A stretch of DNA of 63,230 nucleotides, counting the filler, from a bacterium (lineage in GTDB: Bacteria; JALSQH01): assembly GCA_026985515.1 (NCBI GenBank). It is 6 parts of 6 records of this genome, joined end to end, with 100 filler letters (N's around TTAATTAATTAA, not from the genome) between each part and the next. Parts side by side here need not be neighbours in the genome. Positions count along the whole stretch, not along the records: positions 1 to 17,038 come from JALSQH010000063.1; positions 17,139 to 33,761 come from JALSQH010000065.1; 4 more parts are not named here. One strand, written 5' to 3'. Positions within the stretch are counted from its first letter, which is position 1. The number at the start of each line of letters is the position of its first letter. Position numbers and translations under genes: made by a program. Under the pieces are notes generated by a model, which saw only the letters and a list, made by a program, of their open reading frames with translations, was not told the DNA's origin and searched no databases. Positions 10,224-20,790 of the stretch are shown here, one piece after another.

Positions 10224-12269
10224 ATGAGAAGAAGAATTTACCTGTCTGGTCTGATTATCTTTTTTCTTTCGCTTTTACTCTCCTGTGCAAAAAAGGAAAG
10301 TGAAAAAATTCATATATCTTCAACTTCCTGTAACATTTTCAGCATGGGGGATTGTCTGACTCCTTTTCCCTCTGATCAATTCCTTGCCAGGGATGGAGAG
10401 CGCACTTTTGTTAATTTGCCTTCACATGCCTTTGAAAAAACAGCGGGTGGTGTAACTTTCCCTGTGGATGCATTTAAAATTTTTGATGGATTCAGCCCTG
10501 CAACCCAGATAATGGCGATTCTTTATCATCCTGTAATAAAAAGTGAAAATTTCCCCGATATTCATCATCCCCGTCGATCTCTCACCCCTGATGGCACCAT
10601 CCAGATTTTTGATGTGGAATCGTGGAAGAGAGTCCCTCTTTTTGCAGAGACAGATTCAAGATCAAAGAATGAAGCATTTCTTCTTATTCATCCACTGGTG
10701 AGGCTTTTGCCATCCCATACTTACCTTGTTGTTTTGAAGAAGGGGATAACCAGTGGTAAATCCCCGCTATCGTTTCAGGCTCTCAGGGATGGGATTATCA
10801 CGGATAATTTGGTTGTGGAAAGCATGAGGAAGAGATATGATGCCTATTTCTCTGCACTTTCATCCAGAGGAGTTGGCAGAGGGGACATCTTTCTGATGTG
10901 GGATTTCACCACAGGGAGCGATGACTTTATAATAGGAAGGAATATGGGTAAGATCATAAACTTTTTAAAGGGCTTTCCCGATCCCGATTCAGGGAGCATC
11001 AATTTGACTCATCGATCCTTGTCCCCTGACAGGGATGATGGAGGTTTCATATATGAGACGATCTATGGAGAAATAAAAGTCCCCTGGTTGCTTGACAGTA
11101 AAGATTTTAGAATAAAGAGAACCGGAGATGGTGGAGTCGATACGGACCATTATACTATGAAAGAGATTCCCTTTGTTATGGAAATACCCCGTTGTGCCAC
11201 ATCCACCACATATCCATCCATAATGATTTATGGTCATGGCCTCGGTGGTTCTTATACAGGTTTAACAGGGTACCATATGAGAAAGAGACTTGAGGAATGG
11301 TGTTCCATAGGATTTGCAGTTAACTGGTATGGAGCAGACTATGAGGGTATTCAGCATGTTGTAAATGTTGCTGTTGCTACGGAACTGCATCCCTTTTTTG
11401 GTTTTATCTCAATGGCTGAAAGGTTACTGCAGGGTCATCTGAATTTTCTTTTTCTTCTTAAATCCATTCCTGCAATTATGGACCTTGTATATCCTTATCC
11501 AGTAACTCTGGGTGTTGATGGGAAAAATAAGTTAGGTATCTATTACTATGGGGGTTCCAATGGGGGGATTCAGGGTGCCACATTCGCATATACAGCAAAT
11601 ACCCTCTATCCTTTTTTCAGGGGATTTGTTCTGGTGGTGAATGGGGGAATATGGTCAATACTATTCCAGAGATATCAAAACTGGACAATGTTTGAAAATC
11701 TTTTCCTTGCAAAAATACCTGACCTCGAAGAGGTGACGAAAATGGCAATTCTGGCTCAGTTCTTTTTTGATTTTGTGGATCCGATAACTTTTGCAAGATA
11801 CTACAATTTAAAAGGATCTGAAAATCTCTCTGATCTCTGTGAAGCGATCCCCCTTCCTTTCAGAGGATTGTGGGGGAAATGTAATCTTGATTTTTCGGGG
11901 GTGAGGATTCTCTCCCAGGAGAGCATAGGTGATCCAGCAGTGAGCAATATTACCACGGAGATATGGGCAAGAACTGCGGGGATTCCTGGATTAAAGCATC
12001 TCATTGATTCCCCATTCGGGATTGAAGAAAAAGAGGGTCCTTTAACAAGTGCCCTGACCCAGTGGGATGCCCATCCTGATCCTCTTCCTCCGGATAGCAA
12101 TTCCCCCATTTCTGGCAAGCAAACAACAGTGGTTAAATGCGGGGACAGGTATGTCAGTGCCCATGAAGCTCCATTCTGTCTTGATGTGGCCAATGAGCAG
12201 ATCGGGGAATTTGTAAAAACTGGAATGATCTTTCAGCTGTGCAGTGGTGGGATTTGTGACCCTGAGTGA
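10224..12269 (+). CDS. Large lipoprotein with C-terminal alpha/beta-hydrolase (lipase-like) domain
   Basis: Lipobox LLSC; PFPSD and DGFSP N-terminal motifs; HGLGG; GGSNGG nucleophile elbow; late Asp and His candidates. Confidence 0.72.
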   Translation: MRRRIYLSGLIIFFLSLLLSCAKKESEKIHISSTSCNIFSMGDCLTPFPSDQFLARDGERTFVNLPSHAFEKTAGGVTFPVDAFKIFDGFSPATQIMAILYHPVIKSENFPDIHHPRRSLTPDGTIQIFDVESWKRVPLFAETDSRSKNEAFLLIHPLVRLLPSHTYLVVLKKGITSGKSPLSFQALRDGIITDNLVVESMRKRYDAYFSALSSRGVGRGDIFLMWDFTTGSDDFIIGRNMGKIINFLKGFPDPDSGSINLTHRSLSPDRDDGGFIYETIYGEIKVPWLLDSKDFRIKRTGDGGVDTDHYTMKEIPFVMEIPRCATSTTYPSIMIYGHGLGGSYTGLTGYHMRKRLEEWCSIGFAVNWYGADYEGIQHVVNVAVATELHPFFGFISMAERLLQGHLNFLFLLKSIPAIMDLVYPYPVTLGVDGKNKLGIYYYGGSNGGIQGATFAYTANTLYPFFRGFVLVVNGGIWSILFQRYQNWTMFENLFLAKIPDLEEVTKMAILAQFFFDFVDPITFARYYNLKGSENLSDLCEAIPLPFRGLWGKCNLDFSGVRILSQESIGDPAVSNITTEIWARTAGIPGLKHLIDSPFGIEEKEGPLTSALTQWDAHPDPLPPDSNSPISGKQTTVVKCGDRYVSAHEAPFCLDVANEQIGEFVKTGMIFQLCSGGICDPE

Positions 12270-12298
12270 GATTTATTTAAGGGCAGTATTATGTTAAA

Positions 12299-13918
12299 AT
12301 GAGTGAGATGAAACACTGGAAAAGATTGAAATTAGTCTTCACAAACAATAAAGATTCTCTTCTATCTTCCATTTATCTTGCCTGCAGTGCTTTTGAAAAA
12401 GGGTTTGTGGAGGTTGTCCCTGAATATGAAAGTGCCCTTTTTATCCTGAAGAAATTGAAAGAATTATCCATGCTTGATAATACCCTGATAATTATCGTAA
12501 AGAATCTTCCGCCTGAGGTGGCTCCCTATGCAAGAGAGGAATATAAGAGAGAAGCTGAATTGTTCTTTTTAGAAGTGGATAGAGCACTCCGGGAAAGAGG
12601 AAGCAGGGTTATTTTCTGGTTGAAGGATGAGTTTACTGACCTTGAAAGATACAGGGAAAAGGGTGACCGTGTAAATTTCCTGTATGATGAAGAGTTCTTC
12701 CAGTTCTGGGGTGAGAGAATAAGAGTTGAGGAATCAATTTTACCGGATTACGAGGCACTGAGGAGATGGTATGTAACCACAAGGGATGAGAGAGTATTTC
12801 TGGAGATATTTCCCGGAGGGGTTAAGGAGTGTGGCAGGAGATTGAAAAAACCAGCCATTCTCAAGAAACTTACCCTTGATCAGCCGGAAGATGATTACTG
12901 TGTTATACAGGCCAAGATAACCCCTGCCATTGTTGAACTTAAAAATGATCTTCAGAAGATAGCCCTGAACGATGAAACTGTATTCATCTATGGTGAGACG
13001 GGAACAGGGAAAGAGTGTGTGGCTCAGAGTATTTTTTATCTCAGGAAAGTTACCATTTCTCCAAAGGGTAAATTTGTTGCCCTCAACTGTGCGGCCATTC
13101 CTCCTGATCTCCTTGAGAGTGAACTTTTTGGATATGAAAAGGGAGCTTTTACAGGTGCGGAAAGTTCAAAGAAGGGACTTGTCGAGGAGGCATCGGGAGG
13201 AGTTCTCTTCCTTGACGAAATAGACAAAATGCCTATTTCCCTTCAGGCGAAGCTGTTGAGGTTCATACAGAGTGGAAAATTCAGAAAAGTGGGTGGCACG
13301 GAAGAGAAAAAGGTAAAGAATGTGAAAATTATTTCTGCCTCCAATATGCTTCCTGAAACTGCAATAAAGGATGGAAAGCTTCTGCCTGATCTTTTTCATC
13401 GTTTATCTACATTTATATTGAGATTACCCCCTCTGAGGGAATGGCACAGCGAAGATAAGTTGAGATTGATAAATAACTTTGTGTACGGGTTTACTTCAAG
13501 AAACAGGTTTATTGTGGAAGAGTATTTGAGAAAAAAGGGGAAGGAGGAGCTTGCAGAAAGGGAATCCCTCAAGGGCTTTTACTATACCATCATTCCAAAA
13601 CCCGTTATTCAGTCATTCCTCTCCCATCCCTGGAACAGGGGAAATGCAAGAGAGATGAAAAAGGTCATTTTGAGGTATGTGACACTGGAAAGAAAATTGT
13701 ATGATGAAGATATTTTTAAAGAGGGTGGAACACCTTTAACCTCTGGAGAGAAGTTCTTTTCAGTGGGAATCGATTCTTCAAATCCCCCTGCTCTTAAGGA
13801 GATAGAGCGTCTGTATGCAAGGTATGTTTTTGAACTCACTGGTAGGAATAAAAAGAAAACTGCTTCCATTCTTGATGTTTCGCAACCAACTCTGAACAAG
13901 TTGTTGAAGGAGGAATGA
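12299..13918 (+). CDS. Sigma54-dependent enhancer-binding protein with unrecognised N-terminal domain
   Basis: GETGTGKE, ESELFGYEKGAFTGA, LFLDEID, GNAREM, Fis-type HTH. Confidence 0.92.
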   Translation: MSEMKHWKRLKLVFTNNKDSLLSSIYLACSAFEKGFVEVVPEYESALFILKKLKELSMLDNTLIIIVKNLPPEVAPYAREEYKREAELFFLEVDRALRERGSRVIFWLKDEFTDLERYREKGDRVNFLYDEEFFQFWGERIRVEESILPDYEALRRWYVTTRDERVFLEIFPGGVKECGRRLKKPAILKKLTLDQPEDDYCVIQAKITPAIVELKNDLQKIALNDETVFIYGETGTGKECVAQSIFYLRKVTISPKGKFVALNCAAIPPDLLESELFGYEKGAFTGAESSKKGLVEEASGGVLFLDEIDKMPISLQAKLLRFIQSGKFRKVGGTEEKKVKNVKIISASNMLPETAIKDGKLLPDLFHRLSTFILRLPPLREWHSEDKLRLINNFVYGFTSRNRFIVEEYLRKKGKEELAERESLKGFYYTIIPKPVIQSFLSHPWNRGNAREMKKVILRYVTLERKLYDEDIFKEGGTPLTSGEKFFSVGIDSSNPPALKEIERLYARYVFELTGRNKKKTASILDVSQPTLNKLLKEE

Positions 13919-13921
13919 GAA

Positions 13922-14221
13922 TTGGATTACACATTCCACACCAGAATAAGGAGGGTTTTGAGAGATTTCAAGAAACACTATAAAGTTCATGAGATAGAAA
14001 TTACCGATACGGAAGAGACATACCTTGTTACTGGTGGAACACAGGATTACACTGTAAAGTTGATCTTTGATGAAGAGGAGAGATTGAAAGAGTGGAGCTG
14101 TACATGTCCCGATTTCACCACCAAAACACATGGTTACTGCAAACACATAATTGGAGTTCTCTACCATACGGGCAGGGAATTTATGATCCTTCCCAAGTTA
14201 ATAGAAGAAATAAAGGGGTAA
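13922..14221 (+). CDS. SWIM zinc-finger protein
   Basis: CTCPDF..CKH motif; TTG start. Confidence 0.85.
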   Translation: MDYTFHTRIRRVLRDFKKHYKVHEIEITDTEETYLVTGGTQDYTVKLIFDEEERLKEWSCTCPDFTTKTHGYCKHIIGVLYHTGREFMILPKLIEEIKG

Positions 14222-14224
14222 AAG

Positions 14225-15293
14225 ATGGCTGTTAAAGGGTACAGGTATTCTGAGGCTAAAAAACTTGTGAAACATGCTTTACAGAAAGGATTATCTGTTT
14301 TCCTGTGGGGTCATCCTGGCATCGGAAAATCAACAATGGCAAGGGAAATCGCATCTGAAATGGGTTTGCCTCTAATTGATATCAGACTTGCTCAGTCAGA
14401 TCCCACTAAGATTGGAGGGATTCTCTATCCGGATCGTGAAAAGGGATTGTCAGTCTGGTTGAGACCTTCATGGGTACCTGTGGATAAACCAGCTTTCATT
14501 TTCCTTGATGAAATAAATGCTGCAGTTACAAAACTTCATCAGTCAATCGCGTACCAGATAGTACTTGAAAAGAGATTGAGAGAGTGGAAGTTTGCTCCAG
14601 GTACTGTGGTGCTTGCTGCAGGAAATCTTGAAGAGGATTCTGCCATTGTTCAAACTCTCTCCCAGGCTCTTTCAAACAGATTTGTTCATTTTCAATTGAA
14701 GGTTGATGTTGATGAATGGATTAAGTGGGCGAAGAGAAACGGGATTGTTGAGCCGATTATCAGTTACAAAAAATTCAGGGGGGAAAACTCTCTCTACAAC
14801 AATACAGGAGATCATGCCTTTCCTTCTCCAAGAAGCTGGGAATTTGCATCAAGACTCATTGAGGATGAAATCAGATCTGAAAAACCATCCATAACCACAA
14901 TAAGAAATCTGGTTGAATCTGCTGTGGGGAAGGGAGAAGCCAGTGCATTCATGACCTTTTACAGACACTACAGGAAAATTGATGTTTCTGGTATGAGCTT
15001 TAAAGGGAATATTGTTAAAGTTGCAAAGACTACAGAACCTTCTTTTATACATGCACTTCTTTCAGCAATTGCTGTGTATTACTCAAAGCATTTCAAGTTG
15101 ATTAAAAAAGATTCCTATTAAGAATATTGTAATATTTTTTAAGCAGAGTGGAATAACCAATGAACACAAAATAATTTTCCTATCCAAGTTGAATAAAAAA
15201 GCTCTGGAGGATTTTACAAGGAGAAAGTATGCTGTTTTGATCCTGAAGGATCTTTCCAGAATGGTAAATTCGTTACTTAAAGATTCTATATGA
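14225..15293 (+). pseudogene. MoxR-like/AAA_5 ATPase with a frameshift at ~15103-15109 (printed ORF stops at 15121)
   Basis: WGHPGIGKS, IDIRL, FLDEINAA, AAGN, ALSNRF, PSPRSW; removing one A from the A6 run continues the frame (PIKNIVIF..KDSI) to TGA at 15291-15293, overlapping the next ATG. Confidence 0.75.
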
Positions 15294-15475
15294 TGAGAAA
15301 AAAGGATAGATTTGATCCTGATAAATTGCACAGAAAGGTTGATGATGCCAGATTGATCGTTTCTCTTATGGGACCATTCTGGTCCACAATGTTAAGTTAC
15401 ATACCTTTTGATATTGAGAAATTAATTGATAGTTACGAATATACCGATACGCCATCGCTAAAAGGAGGTAAAACA

Positions 15476-16583
15476 ATGAGAGATGTATTAAACTGCATTA
15501 AAAAATATGTGGAAGTTATGTATGATGAAAAATTCATGCTACATTCGAAACATCTATCTAAAAGATTACTAAATGGAATACAAAAAAGCTACAATCTCAG
15601 AGAACCAGAAGTCGTTAAGATTATTGAAAATATTATAAACAGCATTGGGCAATTTTCTACAGGGGGCAATAGACTTAATATTTCTACTAATTCGGTTTTT
15701 ATTCACGGGAATAAATCTCAGGTAGAATTTGAATATTATGGAAAAAGCACTCGACGAGAACTTGGAGATATTATTTTTATCTTATCTGTTGTTTATAATG
15801 GCAAAAAATATTTTGAGAAAATGACTATTACCCAAGTAAAAAAATCAAAAAATGTCCAATGGAAGTTCAATAACGATGGTGCTAAAGAACAACTTTATTT
15901 ACTTTCTAAATTTCCGACATTCAGAGGTGCAAATAATTCACTAATACCTAAGAAAAACTATAATCTACCCAATTACTCAGGATGTCTTGGTTCCCATGGG
16001 TTACTTTATTATCCCGGTGATTTTGCTTTAGTCAGTTCAGAACAATTGGGGACAATTATGTCAGGAAAAAAGAAATTAGAATTAAAAAATTTGTTGTCAA
16101 TTATTACCCCAAATCATTTTTGCCCTTGTTCCTGTTGCTGGCATCTCTCGGATGATATAGATCTTGAAGAGTTTTATCACCTTTTACATAAATTAATCTA
16201 CTTTTACCCACGCTATTTTAGATATTTTCCCTTTATGTGTAATTTACAGATATTAGGGAATAATTGCATTTCATATAATGTGTATGATTTTTCAGATAAG
16301 TATTTAAAAGGACACATATAAGTATTTAAAAGGACACATAGGAGAGTTAATATATGCTAAAAAATTACTCTCCAACAGACATGCTTTTCAATTTTTGCAT
16401 GATTTGCTTTATACGATAAGAAAAAAGGCAGAAAGAGAAAATTTAAAGGATGTTTTAAAATTTCTGTCTTCTTATAGCGATGGATATGGTAACGAAGGAG
16501 GCGAAGGGGATAATGATATGAACTATGACGGTGGAGGGATTGGTATAGTACATACAACAATAGACCTCGGAGAAGGTGAATGA
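15476..16583 (+). pseudogene. Cassette-borne PD-(D/E)XK-like nuclease-fold protein, frameshifted by a 22-bp tandem duplication
   Basis: AAAGGAGG RBS then ATG at 15476; FIHG..ELGDIIFI..TITQVKK..EQLYLLSKFPTF; removing the duplication joins the ORF to 16395-16583. Confidence 0.65.
16297..16340 (+). repeat. Perfect 22-bp tandem duplication TAAGTATTTAAAAGGACACATA x2
   Basis: Read directly at 16297-16318 and 16319-16340. Confidence 0.97.
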
Positions 16584-16594
16584 TGGTGGCGACG

Positions 16595-16675
16595 GCATAT
16601 AACAAGCGGGTATCTCGTTCGAGCTATCAGCCCTCACCCAAATCGCCTTTGGCAACTTCAGATATCTGCAAAACG
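16595..16675 (+). other. attC-like recombination site, truncated at the G of the R' box
   Basis: GCATATAAC (R''-like) shortly after the stop; GCGGGTATCT pairs with AGATATCTGC; inner GCC-TTT-GGC hairpin; ends AAAACG where GTTA is expected. Confidence 0.72.
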
Positions 16676-17038
16676 GCACAAGAATAGTCCTAGTAACCCA
16701 GCTTTACGAATTCGGTTCAGATGTTATGGCTGCCATAATAATACATGAGCTTATGCGTATTGCGTATATGCATTTTGTCAGGGGAAATGATAAGATCCAG
16801 ATTCTGTGGAATGTAGCTGCTGTTATTGTTGTAAATTCTCATATTGTGGAACATTACAAAAGGGTAACTCTTACACTGGAGTGCTTATAAATACTAAGTT
16901 TGAAGATAAAGATGTTGAGGAGGTTTATTCAGCTATCTTAAAGGATTTTTACAAAACATTTGGAAATGATCCTGAAGGAGTTGATGATCAAGAAATAGAG
17001 GAATGGATAAAGAAAAATTTTGAAAAGTATATGCTTGG

Positions 17039-17138
17039 NNNNNNNNNNNNNNNNNNNNNNNNNNNNNNNNNNNNNNNNNNNNTTAATTAATTAANNNNNN
17101 NNNNNNNNNNNNNNNNNNNNNNNNNNNNNNNNNNNNNN
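17039..17138. other. Artificial contig linker
   Basis: 100 bp of N with central TTAATTAATTAA (stops in all six frames). Confidence 0.98.
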
Positions 17139-18144
17139 CCGGAGAAATTGCTTCTATCATAGTTTGATCAGTATTCTTTAAAAGGTAAAACAATCTAAAT
17201 CCTACATAATTATTCTGGTCTTTAGCAGGCAAATTGTTACTCATTCCCGTCGACATCATCAATAAATCTCCCCATAAATGAAGATCAATTAAGGAAGGTG
17301 TAACTCCTCTCACATCATCTTCCTTATCTAATAATGTGATTCTACTATTTTTATACTCAAAAATAAAAAAAGTTGACTCATTAAGCACGTATATCCGATA
17401 TATATCCTGACCCTTTTCATCTTTCCCAAAATACTCCGCATAAAATTTATCAGGAGTATAATCCACAATCTTTGTTTCCTCATTTGCAAAATTACAGTAT
17501 ACTCCATTTTTATCAAACCTTGTATAACATCCTACCAGATGACTATCCTTTATCTGCACCGGGAAAAACTTCTTTATCCATTGGGGGAGTTTTGCCACCC
17601 TCCAATCACAAATATTGTCAGGAGAAACATAAAAAAAGTAGTTATTTTCACTTTGAAAAGCATACACAGATAATACTGGCGAATCAAAATCCCAAAAAGG
17701 AATAAATTTAATCTTCAAATTTCCAGCAAGACTTTTACCAAACAACTCTACTTCCTTCACCTTCCCCGAAGATGTCTTATAAACAAGTCTTAATGACAAA
17801 ATCCCTATTACACCTTTACCAATCCTGAAAAAACCAATTGATTCAGACACCGGATAATCATATTCAAGGGAGGTGCCAAAACTACTTATTTTAGATAATG
17901 CATCTTCAACCCTTTCATCTCCCCAGAATGTCACTGGAGTAAAATAAAACTTTGCTGACATTATATTTTTCATCTTTTCCATCGATTCAGGATAAATAAC
18001 TATTCCATCATCTACAAATTCAATCAGAAAAGGATTAGGAATCTCCTCAGATTCCTGATGAGTTATTCTCTCCTTTTGGGAACAGAAAGGAAATAAAAAT
18101 AAAAACAAAAACACAACTATAAATACTATCTCTTTTTTTCTCAT
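17139..18144 (-). CDS. Hypothetical lipoprotein/exported protein, 3' end lost in gap
   Basis: Basic N-terminus, hydrophobic run and Cys; aromatic-rich body; no family recognised. Confidence 0.6.
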
Positions 18145-18147
18145 TGC

Positions 18148-20780
18148 TCATTGTCCCAGTTTTATCTTCTCAATTCTAACCCCCCTTAAACCTGAAAATA
18201 ACACCGTTGAATCTACTCCTTTAATCGCCCCATTTAGTCCATCCCACAAATCATTTATGATTCCTCCTACCACTTTAATTGCAGCTTCGCATCCGCCTGA
18301 GTAATGGAGACCATTATAAAAAATATTACAATGTTCCCAATTAAGATGAGCATTATCAAAATAACGAGGATAAAGCCGCATCCCAATTCCAAAAACCTTT
18401 TGTCTATCGCTCGTATTACCCCACATAAAGACCGGATATAAGTATCCAAAATGTGAACCATTTTGCTCCGGTCTCTCGTAAATCAAAATAGTTCCATCTA
18501 TTACGCCTAAAATTTTAGGCGTCTTATTGCCAATCCTGGGACCAAAAACAATTCTACCTTTTCTAATTCCCTTATAACTTTTTATTCCAATAGTAAAATC
18601 ATCATATACTTCAAGTCCAAATGGCAGCCTTATTCTTATACCCTTCACATCCCATTTGTCAGGATAATTAGTTATATCTTCCGGAAAAATTAGCTTATCT
18701 GGATAACCAGGAGGTGGAACTAAATAAATAGGGAGATCATTTTCTTTGATCTTTTTAAGAAAACCAAGCATTTTATCTACAATTCTTTCTTTAAAACTCT
18801 CAAACCCTGAGATAGAACACCCCATCACATCTACATGCATGGGTTCTAACTTGAACTGGCCTGAATAACACCTCTTCTCAGATTTTGAATAAAGCAAGCC
18901 ACCTACAGCAATATTATCTATGTCACAATCATATTTACATCCTGTTTCTTCATCTGTGGCTTTGCATGAATAATCATATACAACCCTGGCATATACTGCC
19001 CTATCCCTCTTTCCGTACATGCAATGATAATGCCTATAACCACCAAAGTAATTGATCCAACACGAATCTTCTCCCGAGACAGGAAAACATTCTTTAACGC
19101 AATTTTCTACTTTATTATACCAGGTGCCTATACTGTTAATTTTTACATTCTCAAATTGCTCTGGAACTTCTTCTTTCCAGAAATGCTCCCACTTATAAAC
19201 TAGTAGATCCGATTTATATACTGTTTCCTCCACGATTCCGAAATTCTTAAATACCGCCTCAAACCAATTTGAGTAATTATCCTTATCAGGAATATCTGCC
19301 TGTTCATACCTATCACTCGTAAAATTATAATCCTTCAATGTATCCACATCTTTTTCTATGTTTAAGAAGGGCCTAAATATTCCTATCCTATATAAAGGTA
19401 TTGTCAAATAAGTATAAACCGGCATATCCTCTCCGCAAGCACCATTGGGGCGCCTAATCTTTATATATTTACTTCCTAAATTTATTGTATCGCTTACATA
19501 AGTATCATTTAAAACTTCATGACTTACATATAGTTTTGTTCCTTTTAAATTACCATCTTCAACCTCTAATGAGCTTAAAAGATTATAAACGATGTCCATT
19601 ACCCTTCGTGTAAGCGCCCAATATTCTTTGTCCCAGATCCTGGTAGATGATGTGGGAAATTTTTCACTAAGATATTTCACATAGGGAGCCAAGTTCTTAA
19701 TACCAATTACCGATTGAATGGCGTCTGTTATCATACTTGAAGAGAAACTAAAATTATCTGTATGTACCACAGGTAATAAGTTAATCTGGTAAAACAAATC
19801 CTTTAAGCTATCAGAATGAGGAGCTATTATATCATACGAGTCTATCTTATAAGCTCCGAACAGAGAGAAATCTTCTTTTGAATCAACTATTCTTCTCTTT
19901 AAATTGTTATCAGTTCTAGATATTGGATACAAATAAAGACCCTTCAAATCTTCAGGCATATTAAGTAACCCGTCCTTCAGAAAAAAAGTATTAAACAATC
20001 TTAAATATTCTGCTAAATTCTCAACAAACTCTTCACCTTTAGTTAATGCAGGTCTCACCTCATAATCCACTATTACCATATCACTTACCGTATCACTTCC
20101 ATTACTCCCCTAAATGTACCGGGATCCCACTTGCCATTTTTAAATCCATTATCATTGAACCACTCTATCCTCTCCTGATTGAGATCTCTGGTGCGCTTTA
20201 TCACCACAAGATAATATCCATCCTCCGGAAAATCAAGTTTAAACCAGGCTCCATTCCTCCCATCAGGCAACTCCTCATCTGGATTCTTAAACTCAAGTTC
20301 CGCTTTAGTAAACTTAAATGTCCTCCACTCCATCTTACTTTCTGGATCTGGAGTAAACAATTCCACCCTCGAATCAGGGAAAAGAGTCAACTTTTCCAGC
20401 ATAGACTCCGATAAAATATCCTTTATTTTAACTGATTCCTCTTTCAATTTCCTTATCCCAACAACATAATAGTCACACACATCCACATCTTCCCTGTCAC
20501 ACTCAGAGGGTATATTACCCACTTCGAATGTTATCTGGCCATCATAGCTGTCTATCATGGGCAATAATTCAAAATTGTTCGCATTAACCAGCACAAATCC
20601 CTCAAAGTTATTGAGATAACTACGTTTATATACTACTGCAGGGCTCCTTTTTATGTCAACTTATACAACATGCATATCTCTATTATCGTCTCTGAATATT
20701 TATTTAACATTGCTTACACCGAAATGATTGAGGTGGGAAATATGTAAATTTCTGACGCCGAGGAAGAGTTGGTTCATCAA
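18148..20780 (-). pseudogene. Large Cys/Tyr-rich hypothetical protein, fragmented (ORFs 18148-20079 and 20085-20594 plus upstream remnant)
   Basis: The 20079 frame is open upstream (GSNGSDTVSD) to a shift near 20110; the 20594 frame continues upstream through in-frame TAA stops. Confidence 0.5.
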
Positions 20781-20790
20781 ATTCCATCTT

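Larger units (their letters stand above)
15449..16674 (+). mobile_element. Integron-like gene cassette inserted at a secondary chromosomal site
   Basis: Single AT-rich ORF with own RBS and a 3' attC-like palindrome; ATACGCCATCGC at the left junction complements GCGACGGCATAT at the attC start; interrupts the host gene between codons GAT and GGC. Confidence 0.75.
15290..17038 (+). pseudogene. DUF2201-type metallopeptidase(/vWA) gene split by an insertion; pieces 15290-15448 and 16675-17038 (runs into gap)
   Basis: Joined halves read ARLIVSLMGPFWSTML..YTD|GTRIVL..IIIHELMRIAYMHFVRG..LWNVAAVIVVN, then a frameshift near 16870 into GVLINTKFEDKDVEEVY; usual partner of the upstream AAA ATPase. Confidence 0.8.

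Noticed and set aside
12270-14225. Sigma54 -24/-12 promoter near the activator
   Set aside because: No convincing GG-N10-GC element found by eye in the short intergenic gaps
15290-16321. Printed 343-aa ORF as one native gene
   Set aside because: Chimera of the DUF2201 N-terminus and the cassette ORF, which has its own RBS and ATG at 15476
16806-17090. Cys-rich small protein MECSCCYCC
   Set aside because: Off-frame reading of the DUF2201 remnant before its frameshift
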